From positions 985,431-1,049,430 of the forward strand of contig BFEA01000019.1 of the NCBI GenBank assembly GCA_003427395.1: DNA of 64,000 nt, in the 5' to 3' direction. The stretch is from Chara braunii. Lineage: Eukaryota > Plantae > Charophyceae. Shown here one piece after another: positions 50,657 to 64,000 of this stretch (positions are counted from its first letter, which is position 1; every line of letters begins with the position of its first letter). Under the pieces are notes generated by a model. The model worked only from the letters and a program-made list of their open reading frames with translations. It ran no database searches and had not been told where the DNA came from. The position numbers and the translations under genes are program-made.

Positions 50657-52378
50657 GGGTATATCAAGGGAGACAATATGCATCTTGACCGCATTTCAAT
50701 CCAGGAACTCGGATTTGGCTATCCACTTATCGAAGATGCGCTTTATTTTGGGAAGGGATTTACCTTTTCTTTTCGTGGTGTTATCGATCTTGTCATATTT
50801 TATCAATTGATCTGATCATGGGAAACGATCTAAAAGAGAATTGTATGAAGGATTGTGATAAACGTCCCTAGCGACAGGGACATCGCTTAATAGGGTCTGA
50901 GAATACTGTTGGACCAAATACCCTTACAAGGGTATTTGGCCATGCTTTTGCATTCGACACGGTAACGGTGTCGGCTACCATGACGGAGCCAGTCTGGGAT
51001 GAAAAGGGTGTGCACGCTTTGGCGTGGCGCTTGAAACGATTTCCTCGGCCATTGAGGCCAGGGCGAATCGGTGAAAAAAAAAAATTTGAGAATATGCGCG
51101 CGCCTTGTTATGACGCGCGCCGTGATGATTAAGATTAGTAATAATACCCTCGGGCCAAAAAGGTCGAGGGGTTAATTGGGTTAATATTGTGTCGGGTAGA
51201 TCTACGACACACATTAAGACTTGGTCTGGTACCTGTCTACCTATTGGTACTGGGCGTCTAAAAATATCAATGTTTGTCTTCCTCTGCTCAGCCTAGAGTA
51301 CTCGGTACATCTACCTCTATTAGGTGTTGTACCGACCGACCTGCTACTTAAGTGTTTTCTGCTACTCTAAGTACCGCGGGCATCTTTTTCCGGCCACCTG
51401 AGTGTTTCCCCCACTGCAACCCTCAATGTCACGACTACAAGTAAGTACCGACCCGCAGACCTTTCAAAGCGACCAAATGCCCCTACGGGTCATACACACA
51501 CTCAAGCCGACAAACACTCAGACAGGCACGCGGACCAGCAAGCGTGCAAGCGCACAGACTTAAATACAGGCTCGAACCACTAGATATGCGGAGCCTGAAT
51601 ACTCTACAAATAGCTGAGTTGTTCCCCTTATACTCGAGGTGGGAGCTAACCCAGTAGGTTTAGGTGCTGATTATTAGTAGGTTTAGGTGCTGATTATTAT
51701 ACAGGGGATGCAGGGATCGAAGCCTACAAACCCCTGAGCTAGCTCCCTTTTGACGGGGAGCTTAATTGTATTTTGCCCCTGGTTACGGTCGCTCGGGACT
51801 TGAACCCGCGACCTCCGGATTANGAGTTAGTTNTTGTCAGTAGCTTNGTTGGATTTGAGCCTCTGTTGTAACGTGGCNCGCCACATGGCAGGCTAAGATA
51901 GTTAGTACTTAGATTATATTCCTTTCTTTTATTTTTATTCGTTATAGTTAGATTCTTCTTTTATTTACTTTTATTATTTTTCGTTTCGGTTTGTCTTTTC
52001 TCCCTTTCGATCTCGTACCTCACGAGACTCATCCGCCTCGATGAATCCGCAGCAGAACCGTGGGAAGGTTAATTCCCATTAAGGTTGTTGATCGGAGCTT
52101 CGGGCTTGGCCGCTCGACACTTGCACAACCTCGAGGGAGGGATAGCGCGACGCGAGGGAGGATAGCGCGACGTGAGGGAGGGATAGCGGGACGCGAGGGA
52201 GGATAGCACGATGCGAGGGAGGATAGCGCGACGTGAGGGAGGATAGCGCACAAGAAGAAGAAGAGCGACACAAAGCGACATAGCAAGGAAAGGAGAGAGG
52301 CGCGCAACATATCGGGAATGAAGGAGGAACGTGAGGAATCGACGTGCACGAAGAAGAAGAAGAAGAATAAAAATAAAT

Positions 52379-52410
<32 letters not shown>

Positions 52411-52455
52411 AAAAGATGAAGAAGAGGGAGAAGGGAAGGGGGTTCACCGCAACGT

Positions 52456-52668
52456 GATAGATTGTTGTAATTATCGATCTTGAAAGAGGAATGCCTAGTA
52501 AGCGCAAGTCGTCATCTCGCGTTGATCACTTCCCTGCCCTTTGTACACGCCGTCGTTGCTCCTACCGATTGAATGGTCGGGTGACGTGACTGGCTCGCAG
52601 TGATCTCGGCGGTTTGCCGCTAGGGGTGCTGTGGAAAGTTCATTGAACCTTATCATTTAGAGGGAGAA
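52456..52668 (+). pseudogene. 18S rRNA 3'-region fragment in LTR2
   Basis: GAGGAATGCCTAGTAAGCGC...CCCTGCCCTTTGTACAC...CTCCTACCGATTGAATGG...GAACCTTATCATTTAGAGG. Confidence 0.95.
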
Positions 52669-52979
52669 GAAGAACGAGAAGAAGGAGAAGGAGGGAGAGA
52701 GAGAAAACGAGGGGAAAATGGAAGGAAGAAGACGACAACGACGACGCTGACGACGACGATGAAGACGACGACGAAGACTAACAACAAAGACCGACGACGG
52801 TGATGACGGCGACGACGAAGAGGGAATAGGTAAGCCTTCAATCTCGCGGCTTACCTCGTGGTACTTCCATCGATAGGATAAATAAAATAAATAAATAAAT
52901 AAAAATAAAATCGAATGAATATACCATTAGAACGTGGATATATACACGACCTCATACTACACATGTGTGTGTATGTGAA

Positions 52980-53052
<73 letters not shown>

Positions 53053-54174
53053 TTCGATCGATTCGCTGGGCGAAAGCCGCGGCTGGCCTCCCGCAACCTC
53101 CATCGAAAGGATGACCGGAACCGATCGAATCTTTCACTATAACATCAAAATACTCACTACTACATGTGGGTGGGTGAGCGAAATAGATCAAATCTTCTAC
53201 TGCAACGTCGAAATGTTCACTACTACATTTGTGCGTGTGTGTGTGTGTGAGTGAGAGGGAGAGAGAAAGAAGAGAGAGAGAGGGAAAGAAGAGGAAGGAG
53301 AGGAGTCGCACTGTGGTCCTTGGGTACACGTGGCAACTGTGTGCACGGGAAAGAGGTTGTGAGTGATGTGAGAAACATACCTGGTGCTAATGCGTGCGGC
53401 ATTTGCTGCGATCTACTCGTACTTCGGAAGAGTTGTTGTCGTCATCATTCGGCGTTGTAGTAGTAGGCTAGATAGGATCTGCCATATGTAGTCTGGCGCC
53501 GAACGCCAGGTAGGATGTCGACATTGGTTCTTGTGATGATGATGAGAGTATGCCTGCATTGTCAATTATGAGCTTTTGTTGTGCTCTTATTTGGTGGGAC
53601 TCGTGATGCAATTCTGCATTTGGTTCGAGGTTACGACTATCTGGTCACATCTGTATGATGTTGTTGATCTCTGAAGATCGTCATCGGTAAATTTTTTTTT
53701 TCCTTCCATTATTATTATTATTATTATTATTAGGTGCATGGTAATCTTGGGTACACGTAACAGCTGTGTGGGATCGAGGTTGTGAGTGATATGAGGGACA
53801 TACCTGGTGCTTGAGGTGATCGACATTGGTCGAGATCTGCTCGTACATCGGAAAGTTGTTGACGTCACCTGTGGCATTATAGTATAGGCTAGATAGGATC
53901 TGCCATCTGTAGTCTGGGCGCAGAGCGCCAGATAGGATATTGGCATTGGTTTTGTGTTGATGATGATAGGACTATGCCAGCATTGTCAATTATGAGTTTT
54001 TGTTGTGTTGTTATTTGGTGGGACACGTAATGCAATTCTGCTTTTGGTTCGAGGTCACAACTATCTGGTGATATGTGTATGATGCTGTTTGATTTCTGAA
54101 GTTCAATATCGCTCAATTTCCTTGCTTTTTCTTTTATTATTACTATTATTATTATTATTATTATTATTACTATG

Positions 54175-54225
<51 letters not shown>

Positions 54226-54822
54226 GTTATTATTATTATTTTATTATTGCTATTTCTGCGATCAGACTTGCTTTCTTCCTTACTTCACATGCATGCAGAC
54301 CGGCGACACGCCAAACTGGCGACAAGAGCTTTAACTCAAAGCTCCTAGATACGACAGATAAGAACACAGGTCTATTACAAGTTCACTGTAGACGAATATG
54401 GCTCCATAGCACCCCAATAACTCTCTCTTCACACACACGGGATCACCCCGGATACCCCACACGCAACACTCTGCTTACAAACACACACACTCGCTGTACG
54501 TCATACTGCACTACACCTACAATTATGGCTAAGTTCTCCTTCAGCCACTGCACTCTTTGGGCATCTGCAGACCACCGTTGCACAAGCCGCTGTAGTAGCG
54601 CTTCCGCATGGCTTACGCATGAATGAATGAATGGCTTAGCGCTGCATCTTGATTTATGCTTCTGTTTGGTACTGGCCTGCCCTTTCCATTCGCCCTGAGT
54701 GCCCACAGTCTCATATGGTACTTGCTTGACTGGACTTAGACTGACTAGGATGTACCGCTGACTCAGTGCAGTCACACTGCTAACCTACCAGGGAGAGTCG
54801 ACGCCCGTGCCATCCAAGTACG

Positions 54823-54853
<31 letters not shown>

Positions 54854-55819
54854 GGGCAGGGTAATAGGCAGTGAGAATGTGTGTGTGCGTGCTTGCAATC
54901 GCATGTGTTTTGTCGTGTTCGCTATACAAAATTCCACAAACAAAGCTTGACTGTGCCAGACTGTTTTCGTCAGACTGTGTGTGTGAGACAGAAACACACG
55001 CAGACACAGGCACGAAGAGACATACGTAGATACAGGCACAAATAGACACACACAGACACAGGCGCGAAGAGACACACACAGACACTGTGACATACACAGT
55101 GTCACACACACAGACACAATGTCACGTACACTGTGATACAGATACACAGTGAGAGACAATGCACACACACAGTCACACCGGCACACATACAAAGTAACGC
55201 AGGTACAGTCACACATATTGTCACACTGTGACAAATACGCATACACGCTGTGACAGACAACCCATACACAGTGACACACACATAAATGTTGTGACACGGA
55301 CAGATGTTGTGACACACACAGTTAGATGTCGTGACACAGACAGATACAGCGACATGCACAGATAAATACTGTGACACACAAAAACTGTGACAGTCGCGCA
55401 AGCACAAAAATACAGCGACACAGACTGTGACATATACAGTGACGCATACACACTGGACACACGTGCACAGTCTCAGTCACGCACACACACACAGATACGG
55501 TGTGATACACACAAAATATTGTGACAGTCACACTATGTCCAACACTCATCAATAACGAAACACGCACACAGTCACGCGGTGACACATACGCAAGTGACAC
55601 GGACATTGTGACAGACACAGTGTCACACATTGTGACACACGTACAGACACTGTGATACATACACAAATACAATGACACACAGTCAAAAAGTGACGCACAG
55701 CCAAACAGTGACGCACGCTCATACAGTGACACGCAGTCACACAATGACGCACAATGATGCACAGTCACACAGTGACACTCAGACACAGGGGTTCCTTTGA
55801 GAGAGTAAACCAGCGAGGA

Positions 55820-56883
55820 TGATAAGAGGAGCAAGGTCCCGAGAGACCTGCCTTATCGCCTAAGTCCGCTTAAGTGAGAAAATTGAGCGATAAGAGGAGC
55901 GAGGCTCCCAAACGCCTGCCTTATCACAATAAAGGCACGAACGGTGTGATAAGAGTAGCAAGGCTCCGAGAAGCCTGCCTTATTACCAATTAGTCGTGCG
56001 TCAATGTAAGNNNNNNNNNNNNNNNNNNNNNNNNNNNNNNNNNNNNNNNNNNNNNNNNNNNNNNNNNNNNNNNNNNNNNNNNNNNNNNNNNNNNNNNNNN
56101 NNNNNNNNNNNNNNNNNNNNNNNNNNNNNNNNNNNNNNNNNNNNNNNNNNNNNNNNNNNNNNNNNNNNNNNNNNNNNNNNNNNNNNNNNNNNNNNNNNNN
56201 NNNNNNNNNNNNNNNNNNNNNNNNNNNNNNNNNNNNNNNNNNNNNNNNNNNNNNNNNNNNNNNNNNNNNNNNNNNNNNNNNNNNNNNNNNNNNNNNNNNN
56301 NNNNNNNNNNNNNNNTCCGAGAAGCCTGCCTTATTACCAACCAGCCGTGCGTCAGTGCAAGAATGTGATAAGAGTAGCGGGACTCCAAGAAGTCTGCCTT
56401 ATCACAATAATAACAAAGAACAATGTGATAAGAATAGCGAGGCTCCGAGAAAGCCTGCCTTATCACTATAATGACAAGAACAATGTGATAAGAGTAGCGA
56501 GACTCCGAGAAGCATGCCTTATCACTATAATGAGAAGAAAAATGTGATAAGAGTAGCGAGGCTCTCAGAAGCCTGCCTTATCACTATAATGACAAGGACG
56601 GTGTGATAAGAGTAGCAAGGCTTCGAGAAGCCTGCCTTGTCACACTAATAACACGATATGATAAGAGTAGCAAGGCTCCGAGAAGTCTGTCTTATCACAC
56701 TAATAACACGATGTGATAAGAGTAGCAAGGCTCCGATAAGCCTGCCTTATTACCCGCCAGCGGTGCTTCAATATGAAACATCAGTAGGAGGAGCAGGGCA
56801 CCGAGATGCCTTGCCCATTGCCCAGCTGCATGGAGGAAGTGGCAGTAAGAGGAGCGAGGCTCCGAGAAGTCCGCCTTACTACC
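55820..56883 (+). repeat. Hairpin-repeat array in LTR2 (N gap at 56011-56315)
   Basis: Same unit as 42315-43110. Confidence 0.93.
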
Positions 56884-58752
56884 ATCTGACCTTGATCTAA
56901 TGCAAGACAGTAAATATGTGAAGCAAGGCCCTTGAGGTCTAACCTATCACAAGCAGACGCCCAATGAAGATGAGTAGATCCTGAATGGTCTACCATACTA
57001 TTACTAATCTTCTCGATAAACAGGGAACGGTAAAAGCCGTGAAAAGAGATCGATTCATTATTAACAGACCACTTTCTGATTCTACCGAGGTGGATGTAGA
57101 AGGAACGTGACCCTGTGTGACATGTCCTGCTCCCTTAACCTATTGATTGATGTCAATCTTATGATTCTACTTCGTATGAGATGGATGATATTTTGTCTAT
57201 GTATGTGTGAAGGGGAAATTTTTGGCGATGTTAACTCTATATTTTTTCTTCCTTTGGACAACTATCGCTGGAAGCTGATCTGATGAGAAGTTAGAGAGGC
57301 TGCCTAGAGGGAGTTATGTCGATGTAGTATTATTCCTGACTAAACTGAAGTTCACTATATTGAACTTCAGATAGGGTCATGTCGATGGCAGAGAGGTGTT
57401 GAGACCGTGTTGGCCTGTTTGTGATTGCAGGTCATCTTAAATTTCGAGAAGACTCACTATGAGTCTATGCAAGACTAATGTTGTTGCCTTATGGTAACAG
57501 GTCATCTTAAATTTCAAGAAGACTCACTATGAGTCTATGCAAGACTATTTGTTGTTGCCTTATGGTAACAGGTTGGTTCACCAACTCAACCATCACTCAC
57601 TCTCTACACCCACACTTTGCATCAACCTTGCACTAAGTGACATTTCTGTTCCGGGTCATTTGTCTAAAGGGTTTGAATTTGGTCAAAAGAGGTTCTTGAA
57701 TGACTAAGTCGAAAAATAATGTCTGGTTAAAAGGTTTGGAAGCGTAAGTGTAATGTGTGTGAAAGTAAATGAATGGTTGACTCTGCTAGGATTGCGCAAT
57801 GTGATTGACTCTTGTCTGCAGGTCAGTAAAACGACAAGCCACATGCTATTCACGGCAACCCATTGAGAAACTTATGCTATCTTGGGCCTTGATCCAGAAG
57901 TTCGATCAGTGCGCGATTGGTTTGAGTACCCAGCCCTTGCGCCTTTTCCCTGATTGTTCGGAAAATTATGATTATTGTTAAGGCGACAAACCTTATTCAT
58001 TTCATGTTCATTTCATTTGTACATGTTTAAAAGGTCAATGACCTACGTTTTCCCTTGATGAATTCATACTGTTTATTTGAATGTGTTACGTGTATGTGAC
58101 ATCTCCTCACCTAATTACTCAGGCTTATCTCACTTCACATGTATGTATGCTATGGTTAAAGGTTTTTCATAGAGAGATATGTCGAATGAACTTAATCACT
58201 AGGTAGGATGGGTATGTGTCTTATGCGCAACCCCTGATAATTTAAGTACTGAGAGGGATCCTGCTTTTAAAATGAGATAGGTTATGAGTCATACCTATAG
58301 AAACTATTTCCAGGTAAATTGTAGTATGCGCAACGTTCGTCAGTCGAGTCGACCTGATTTGTAAATCGGTCCGGGAGATTAGTGTCTTCATGCCAGACGC
58401 GTATACGGGTCAGTCTTAGGCGTTCAACCACGCGTATGCCTATGCTACGGTGATCGAGGAAACTCCCTCGACTAGCTTACCTCTGCGATTGCAAGTAAAA
58501 GCTTTCGCACGTGAATCAGTAGTTCGACAGGGATACACGCACCTGAGGGATGGTGGCAGCTCCCGCAGGTGGAGGTGAGTTGTACCTCGCGGGGTCTCTG
58601 TCCTGTCGCAGGGAGTAGCGAGAGGTACAGCTCGAGCGCACGGTCGGAGTTTGTCTTACGCTGAAACGGTTTTCAAACTCCTGCGTGATGCGACCGTGAG
58701 GTCCAAAACTAAAATTACTTTACGTTTGGGTGTGGGACCGCCGCGCCCGACA

Positions 58753-61700
58753 GGTGGCGCCGTTGCCGGGGATCTCGCTTTCCATCCGAGGTCCTGAGTG
58801 AACAGACTCGGGTAATGGTAAGACGATGATCACGGCAAAACGACAACCTTTAAATGAGTTAACGTAACTTATGATGTATGTGTTGAATGACCGTAGGTTG
58901 GACATTTATAATTTTACACACGTCAAATAAGTGTGAGGTCACGTCAGCAATGCCAATAGATGTCGTATTGCCCGGTGGTTTGACTACCTACCAAGGTCCA
59001 TAGAAAATAAACTATGACATAGGACAGTTAGAAGTCTAGGGAAACGACGACTAGTGAATGTAACACATCTTGAAAAAACCTGAATTATAAATGATCTAAA
59101 GAAGATATCTATACTAGGTCTTTTATCGTCATAACTCAATAGTTTACTCTGCACTTTTGTCTATATTTATCTTCTGTCAACTTAAGTTATTGAGAGGTTA
59201 GCACTTCTTTCCTTGTTTGTATCTGTATAGTCATATCTAAGTTGTAAGGTTATGTCAGAGTTTCATTCCTTGTCCAGTTGAACTATCTTTTCAAATATGT
59301 TGCTCACAACCTTAGAAGGTAGAAAACTCTCTACATCCTTGGTTTGTATCGATAGTAGGGGCAACGAGATAACCTGTATATTGTAAAGTTCATAGGTCTT
59401 GTGGCATGATTATTTCGCGCTTAATTACTTCGAAGGAATCGCTACGAGTAACTTAATTATTTTTTCCTTGAGTTTTTATATGAAATAAGGAGCACTCGGT
59501 TACATGATTATTTAACGTTCTTATGCCTTATGACCCAATGTGATCTGTTGATGTCAAGCGAATCAGTAGCGAAGAGTGGGATTGAGGATGCAATGATAAA
59601 AGGAAGGAACCTTTAGAAGAGGGTGGCATGGTAGTCATCAAAACATGATAAGAGAGATGCCGCAACTACGAGATAACGCATAATGTTTTATGCCGTCAAG
59701 CCATGTTGTTCAACACATCGTGTGATTTCTACATCTTTATCCATCTTTGTTTAAATCATCAGTTGAACGTCCATGTTAGCAGTAAGTTGTTATACTGTAT
59801 TCCTATTAGACTGTAGGTAGCATTGACAGTTCTGACGGAGGATGATCTCGATAATATTACGTTCATATGCTTTCAAACCACCCGTATGCAAGTTTACTTA
59901 TCATCTTTGATGTTATCTCTTGCCTTGATCTGAGTCTTGTCACCTGTTTGAATTATTATCTTGATAGGTTTTTTATCTATTGCTTAATCTAGAATGTCAT
60001 TGACGGATTTCCAAGTAGGATGACACTATATCTCCTGCTCACTATCTTAGGTATATCCTCAATGCACTTTAAATCTATTATGATAGTTGTAGCATCATAA
60101 TTGTTCCTAATAACCTGAGACTATTAGAGTAAATTGGAGTACTAGATCGTAACGTCTACCTCTCGTGAGCACGTCCTATCTCCTCGAATTTTGGTTATGA
60201 GCGACCCGATGACTAACCACGATGCCTCAACTTCGACCATAGTGAGTTCAGATGTTGCTTGTCCTTAGCTAGGCTGACTGAAGCGCTTGTTCTAATAAGA
60301 CGTGAATTCGTGATCTCGATCGATGTCAGAAGTATAAGAGGGACTGAATCTCCTCAACGTCTCTTCATTTTAATACCTGCTTTGAGTAACGGGAAGGAAT
60401 CGTGGTGAGGTAAGGAAAAAAAGAGATGATATGTACCTTTAGTTTCCCTTTGAGATTTAATAATGTACTTGAATGTCAAATAAGAATTCTAAGTCTCTGA
60501 AAAAAAGGCATAGTTGTTAGGCTACTCACTTAAGGGCTATGTGCATTTGCGAGGTCATTTGTCATATAGTCAGAGTACCAAATTATAAATTAAACCGACC
60601 ATATTATTCATTGCTTGCATAGTCTAACTAAATCATCAAATTCTTGAAGTTATATGCTATAGCTCTTAATGATAGACTCGGTTTCCCGACGGTTGTCTAA
60701 CTTTTAAGGTTGTATCGTATGGCGTATTAATTTGTGATTATCTGCTTGAGATAAGTATCATCTCTAACACCCTACTTAATTTGGTCTGATAATGAAGGTA
60801 TTTACTTAAGATTTAACTAGTTCGTGAAGGTGTAATAATTAAAATTCATGTTTTCTTGTGTGATAGGTGCATTTAAAAGGTAGTGAACGATTGTATGTCA
60901 CGGCTCATCAAAGTACAAAGAAGTCTTGGCATTTAGCATACATTTTTTCGATAGGCAATGTTGGGGTACATATGGCATTGTAGCCTTAGTAAACCCATTA
61001 TAGTCATATTGTAAAATGATATGACTTACATAAAATTGAGTGAAGGGAATGAAAATTTTGCTTAGTTGTCTTGACGGTTAGGGGTCGACTAATTACTAGA
61101 GATCTGATTAAATATTATGCTAATAAAGTCTTATTAATAAGGTTGCATTTTTGAAGTATAATTTAACCCTAGAATATCATGAGATAAAAATTAATTATTT
61201 CATCATCCACTTAATGACTAACTAATAATTAGGGACGAATAATATAGCAAGCGCAATATTAGGTCACCTACTTGGAGAATATGTGTCCGTTTGAGGTTGT
61301 ATAGGATAGAGCATGATAATGAATTAGCTTTAGGAGTGAGTGAAAAAATAGTTTGATTATATTTATCTAATTCTTGAAGCTATATGAATAGACTCAAACT
61401 TTTAACGATTGGTTAAGCGTTGCAAATTGTATCATGATAAAATATGAGGTTGTATACTTAAATAACTATCTTCTTTAATACGATACTCAATAAAATCATT
61501 GAGAGTGTTCACTTAAGGGTTATCTAACTCCATGAAATTATATTACTATATAAAAATTGATAAAACTATTTATTTCCACTATGGGCAATGTGTATAACAT
61601 TGCATAACTGAATGTATGTGGGAATGAATGATACATGTTTTAAGTGATGTATCATTATATGTTTTGTTTTTATTGGGTAAAGTTATAATTTGTTATGAAT

Positions 61701-63262
61701 ATATATATTTATTAATTCTTTGGTGACTGTTTGTGTTTGTCTCGATGTGTTTATGGATTGCTCTCCTTAATAAGGATAGAAAAGTTGTATGCAATCCATG
61801 TTCGGCATGGGACCGAAGGTGAATGGAGTGACCAACCTTTAAGATAAGGAATTTTCTCAAGGGAGATCAGCATGCAGAACCTGTCCTTTCGAAAATTACA
61901 ACCTTGATTGATACCATTGCCTGATAGACTTGAAGAGGGTACAGTTAAGTCTTGTAGGTGGTAGTGGGACTCACGCCAGAACAATGTTCCTGGTCCATAA
62001 TGAGGTGTTGTCATTTTTTCTTATATAGGAGAGATGACTAAACTATCATCGAAAGGGGGGAAGGTATTCAAAGCTTTGCATGAACTCTGACAGTCAGTGA
62101 GACAACTACTACTTAGTCTGAGCACGCTTGGAGTGGTAGCCCAAGCGGGGTTCATGCTTGGTGGGTCCACCACACCCAGAAAAGGTATAGTCTTACCAAC
62201 CAGCCTTTAGACGAGTGTGAATGGGGTTGTCTGACTGTGCTCGATGAGGTCAGTCAGGTACAAGCGCTGGAATCAGAGGGAGAAGTGGTGAGGCTTAGTC
62301 CTAGAAGCGGGGCTCGGGATCTGAGATGTTATCCTTTTAATTGGATTACACCATCCCTCGGCACGGTATACCCCTGTTAAGCATGAAGGAGTAAAATATC
62401 TTATGTCATCATTATTATTGTCATTGTAACTTCACTGTGATTTGTTCTTGTGAAGTCTCAAATGTGATAATTGTTCTCATTGTTAATAAGGTTACAAGTT
62501 GATGTTTGTTTGACTTATGACTGAATGTTTTAATATTATGATTATTATTATTTATTTTTCTTACGGTCTTGAGCATTTATTTTACTATGTTGAGTTATAT
62601 TCATTATTTATGGCAGGAGAATTTCATTTACACCGGTATTGTGAAGTTCCGTAAAAACAGGGGGAAAACCCTGCGTTCAGTAACGAGCTGTTATGACATG
62701 TTTCTTCATTTGAGATATCAATTTGGATGACGGAGTGTGGTTTCATTTCTATGATTGTCGTCAATAGGGTTCAATCATTTTGGCCAACTTCAACTTAATA
62801 CTCAGATCCGAGTATTATACGTACATTCCTGCAGTACATTATCGAAGGCAAAACCTCAGGAGTCAGTATGACGGCGACCTAATTTGAATTTGAATCTTAT
62901 AAATTATTCTGGACCCTGAGGTCATTAATATAATTGGGCAGACACAATAAGTGTCCTGCTTGGAAAGACATCAAAGAGATGTGTTGAAAAGGCGCCGCTC
63001 ATTCCTCTATGGGGTTAGTTTGAGATACGTCTGTGAGATCCGAATGAGGAACTCAATCGGAAAAAATGGTGATGTTTTGAAAAATATCTTAGCATCGATG
63101 GTAAAGTGGAAGTCAATATTTTCATTTGGGATATGGGACAATTCTGTATATTTTGAAAGATCCCCGAGACGTGTGTCTGACCGAGTTGTGATCGAGACTT
63201 GGAGGACACGATCCCTGAGTGGCAACCGGACGATGGTCCTTGTTCATCCACTTAGTGACAAC
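58753..63262 (+). mobile_element. Internal region 2 (truncated)
   Basis: Colinear with 44981-~49900, lacking the 46046 insertion. It breaks off inside the TTCATCC...AGTGGCAAC repeats. Confidence 0.85.
58755..58772 (+). promoter_or_regulatory. Second tRNA-Asp primer-binding site
   Basis: Perfect TGGCGCCGTTGCCGGGGA after LTR2. Confidence 0.93.
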
Positions 63263-64000
63263 CTGACGCAGGGGGAGAGGAGGTAGAACGCCATGAGCAG
63301 CAAGGAGGAAGGCATCGTGCAGGAGGGAGAAAAAGATCGTGTAAACGGGAGGTGGAGAGATCGCAAGAGGGGAGGCGATGCATTGAGGTTGAAGCACAAT
63401 GACGCAAAGGAGGCCGCGCGGCTGGAAAGAAAGAGATGGTGGTCAAAGATAAAAGAGTAACGCCGGAAGAGGGAAGCAAGGTGCAAGAAAGAAAAGCGGG
63501 ACGGAGGTAGCTGCGCAAAAGGAGCGGAGAGCACAGAGAAAGAAGAAGGTCGTCACGTGGAAGATGACAAAGAAGAAGAAAAGGAAGAAGAATGGATAAG
63601 GAAAAGAGGTAGGAGGGAAGAGTGAAGGTAAGGAGGGACTTACCTGCTCGAAGGAGGAGAGTCGAGGGATGTGCGATAGATTCGTTGATGCCGCCTATGG
63701 TGTCGTGAAGGTGGGCCCTAATCACCCAACTTGGTAGAGTGCGGATTCATGCTTGCCGTGTCTCTCGCATGTTGTAGCCTCGGCATGCTGCCCTTCGTAA
63801 AGGATTGTGTAAGCAGCGTCAACGTTGACGATGACGAGGAGGGAGTTTCCATCGATAGGATGAACACCACCCAACAGGTAAGTCTCCTACCCCACGCCTA
63901 GCCTAATGCTACTTCCCTCGATAGCATGACTCAAAATCGAATGAATCCATCGCTAGAACATGGAGATATACAATGTCACAATCGTTTTCTTGTGCGTATG
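63263..64000 (+). mobile_element. Fragment of a related LTR (purine-rich segment)
   Basis: TACTTCC.TCGATAG...AATCGAATGAAT...TAGAAC.TGGA.ATATAC at 63910-63972 matches LTR2 52862-52945. Confidence 0.6.

Larger units (their letters stand above)
44981..50906 (+). mobile_element. Internal region 1 (non-coding, LARD-like)
   Basis: Lies between LTR1 and LTR2. No ORF over ~130 aa and no gag, RT or integrase motifs seen. Repeated at 58753-63262. Confidence 0.8.
50907..58752 (+). mobile_element. LTR2 of the giant-LTR retroelement (~7.8 kb including an N gap)
   Basis: TGTTGG...CCGACA termini. Colinear with LTR1 at an offset of 13,641 at the start. Confidence 0.9.

Overview
This is a repeat-saturated eukaryotic window with no intact host gene. 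It is plant or streptophyte-alga-like, judged from the plant-type 18S fragment, the tRNA-Asp primer site and the DUF659-type hAT; the species cannot be fixed from the sequence. Left third: two oppositely oriented arrays of an ~82-bp satellite, then a decayed minus-strand L1-type LINE (APE + RT) split by a 6.69-kb solo LTR with a 4-bp TSD. Middle: a decayed hAT transposase (zf-BED, DUF659, dimerisation domain) interrupted by a small 8-bp-TSD DNA transposon, then a 160-bp tandem repeat carrying a tRNA-derived SINE. Right half: a tandem LTR-internal-LTR-internal retroelement with giant (~7.5-7.8 kb) LTRs, a tRNA-Asp PBS and no visible gag/pol. The most striking signal is the RNA-like cargo of these giant LTRs: CRISPR-like arrays of covarying hairpins with variable spacers (two unrelated motifs in two LTR families), a captured 18S rRNA 3' segment and a vault/tRNA-like Pol III cassette. 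The internal region adds a tRNA-like sequence resembling the element's own primer. Two assembly artefacts are also visible: a Nextera mate-pair junction adapter and a block with identical N positions in both LTRs.
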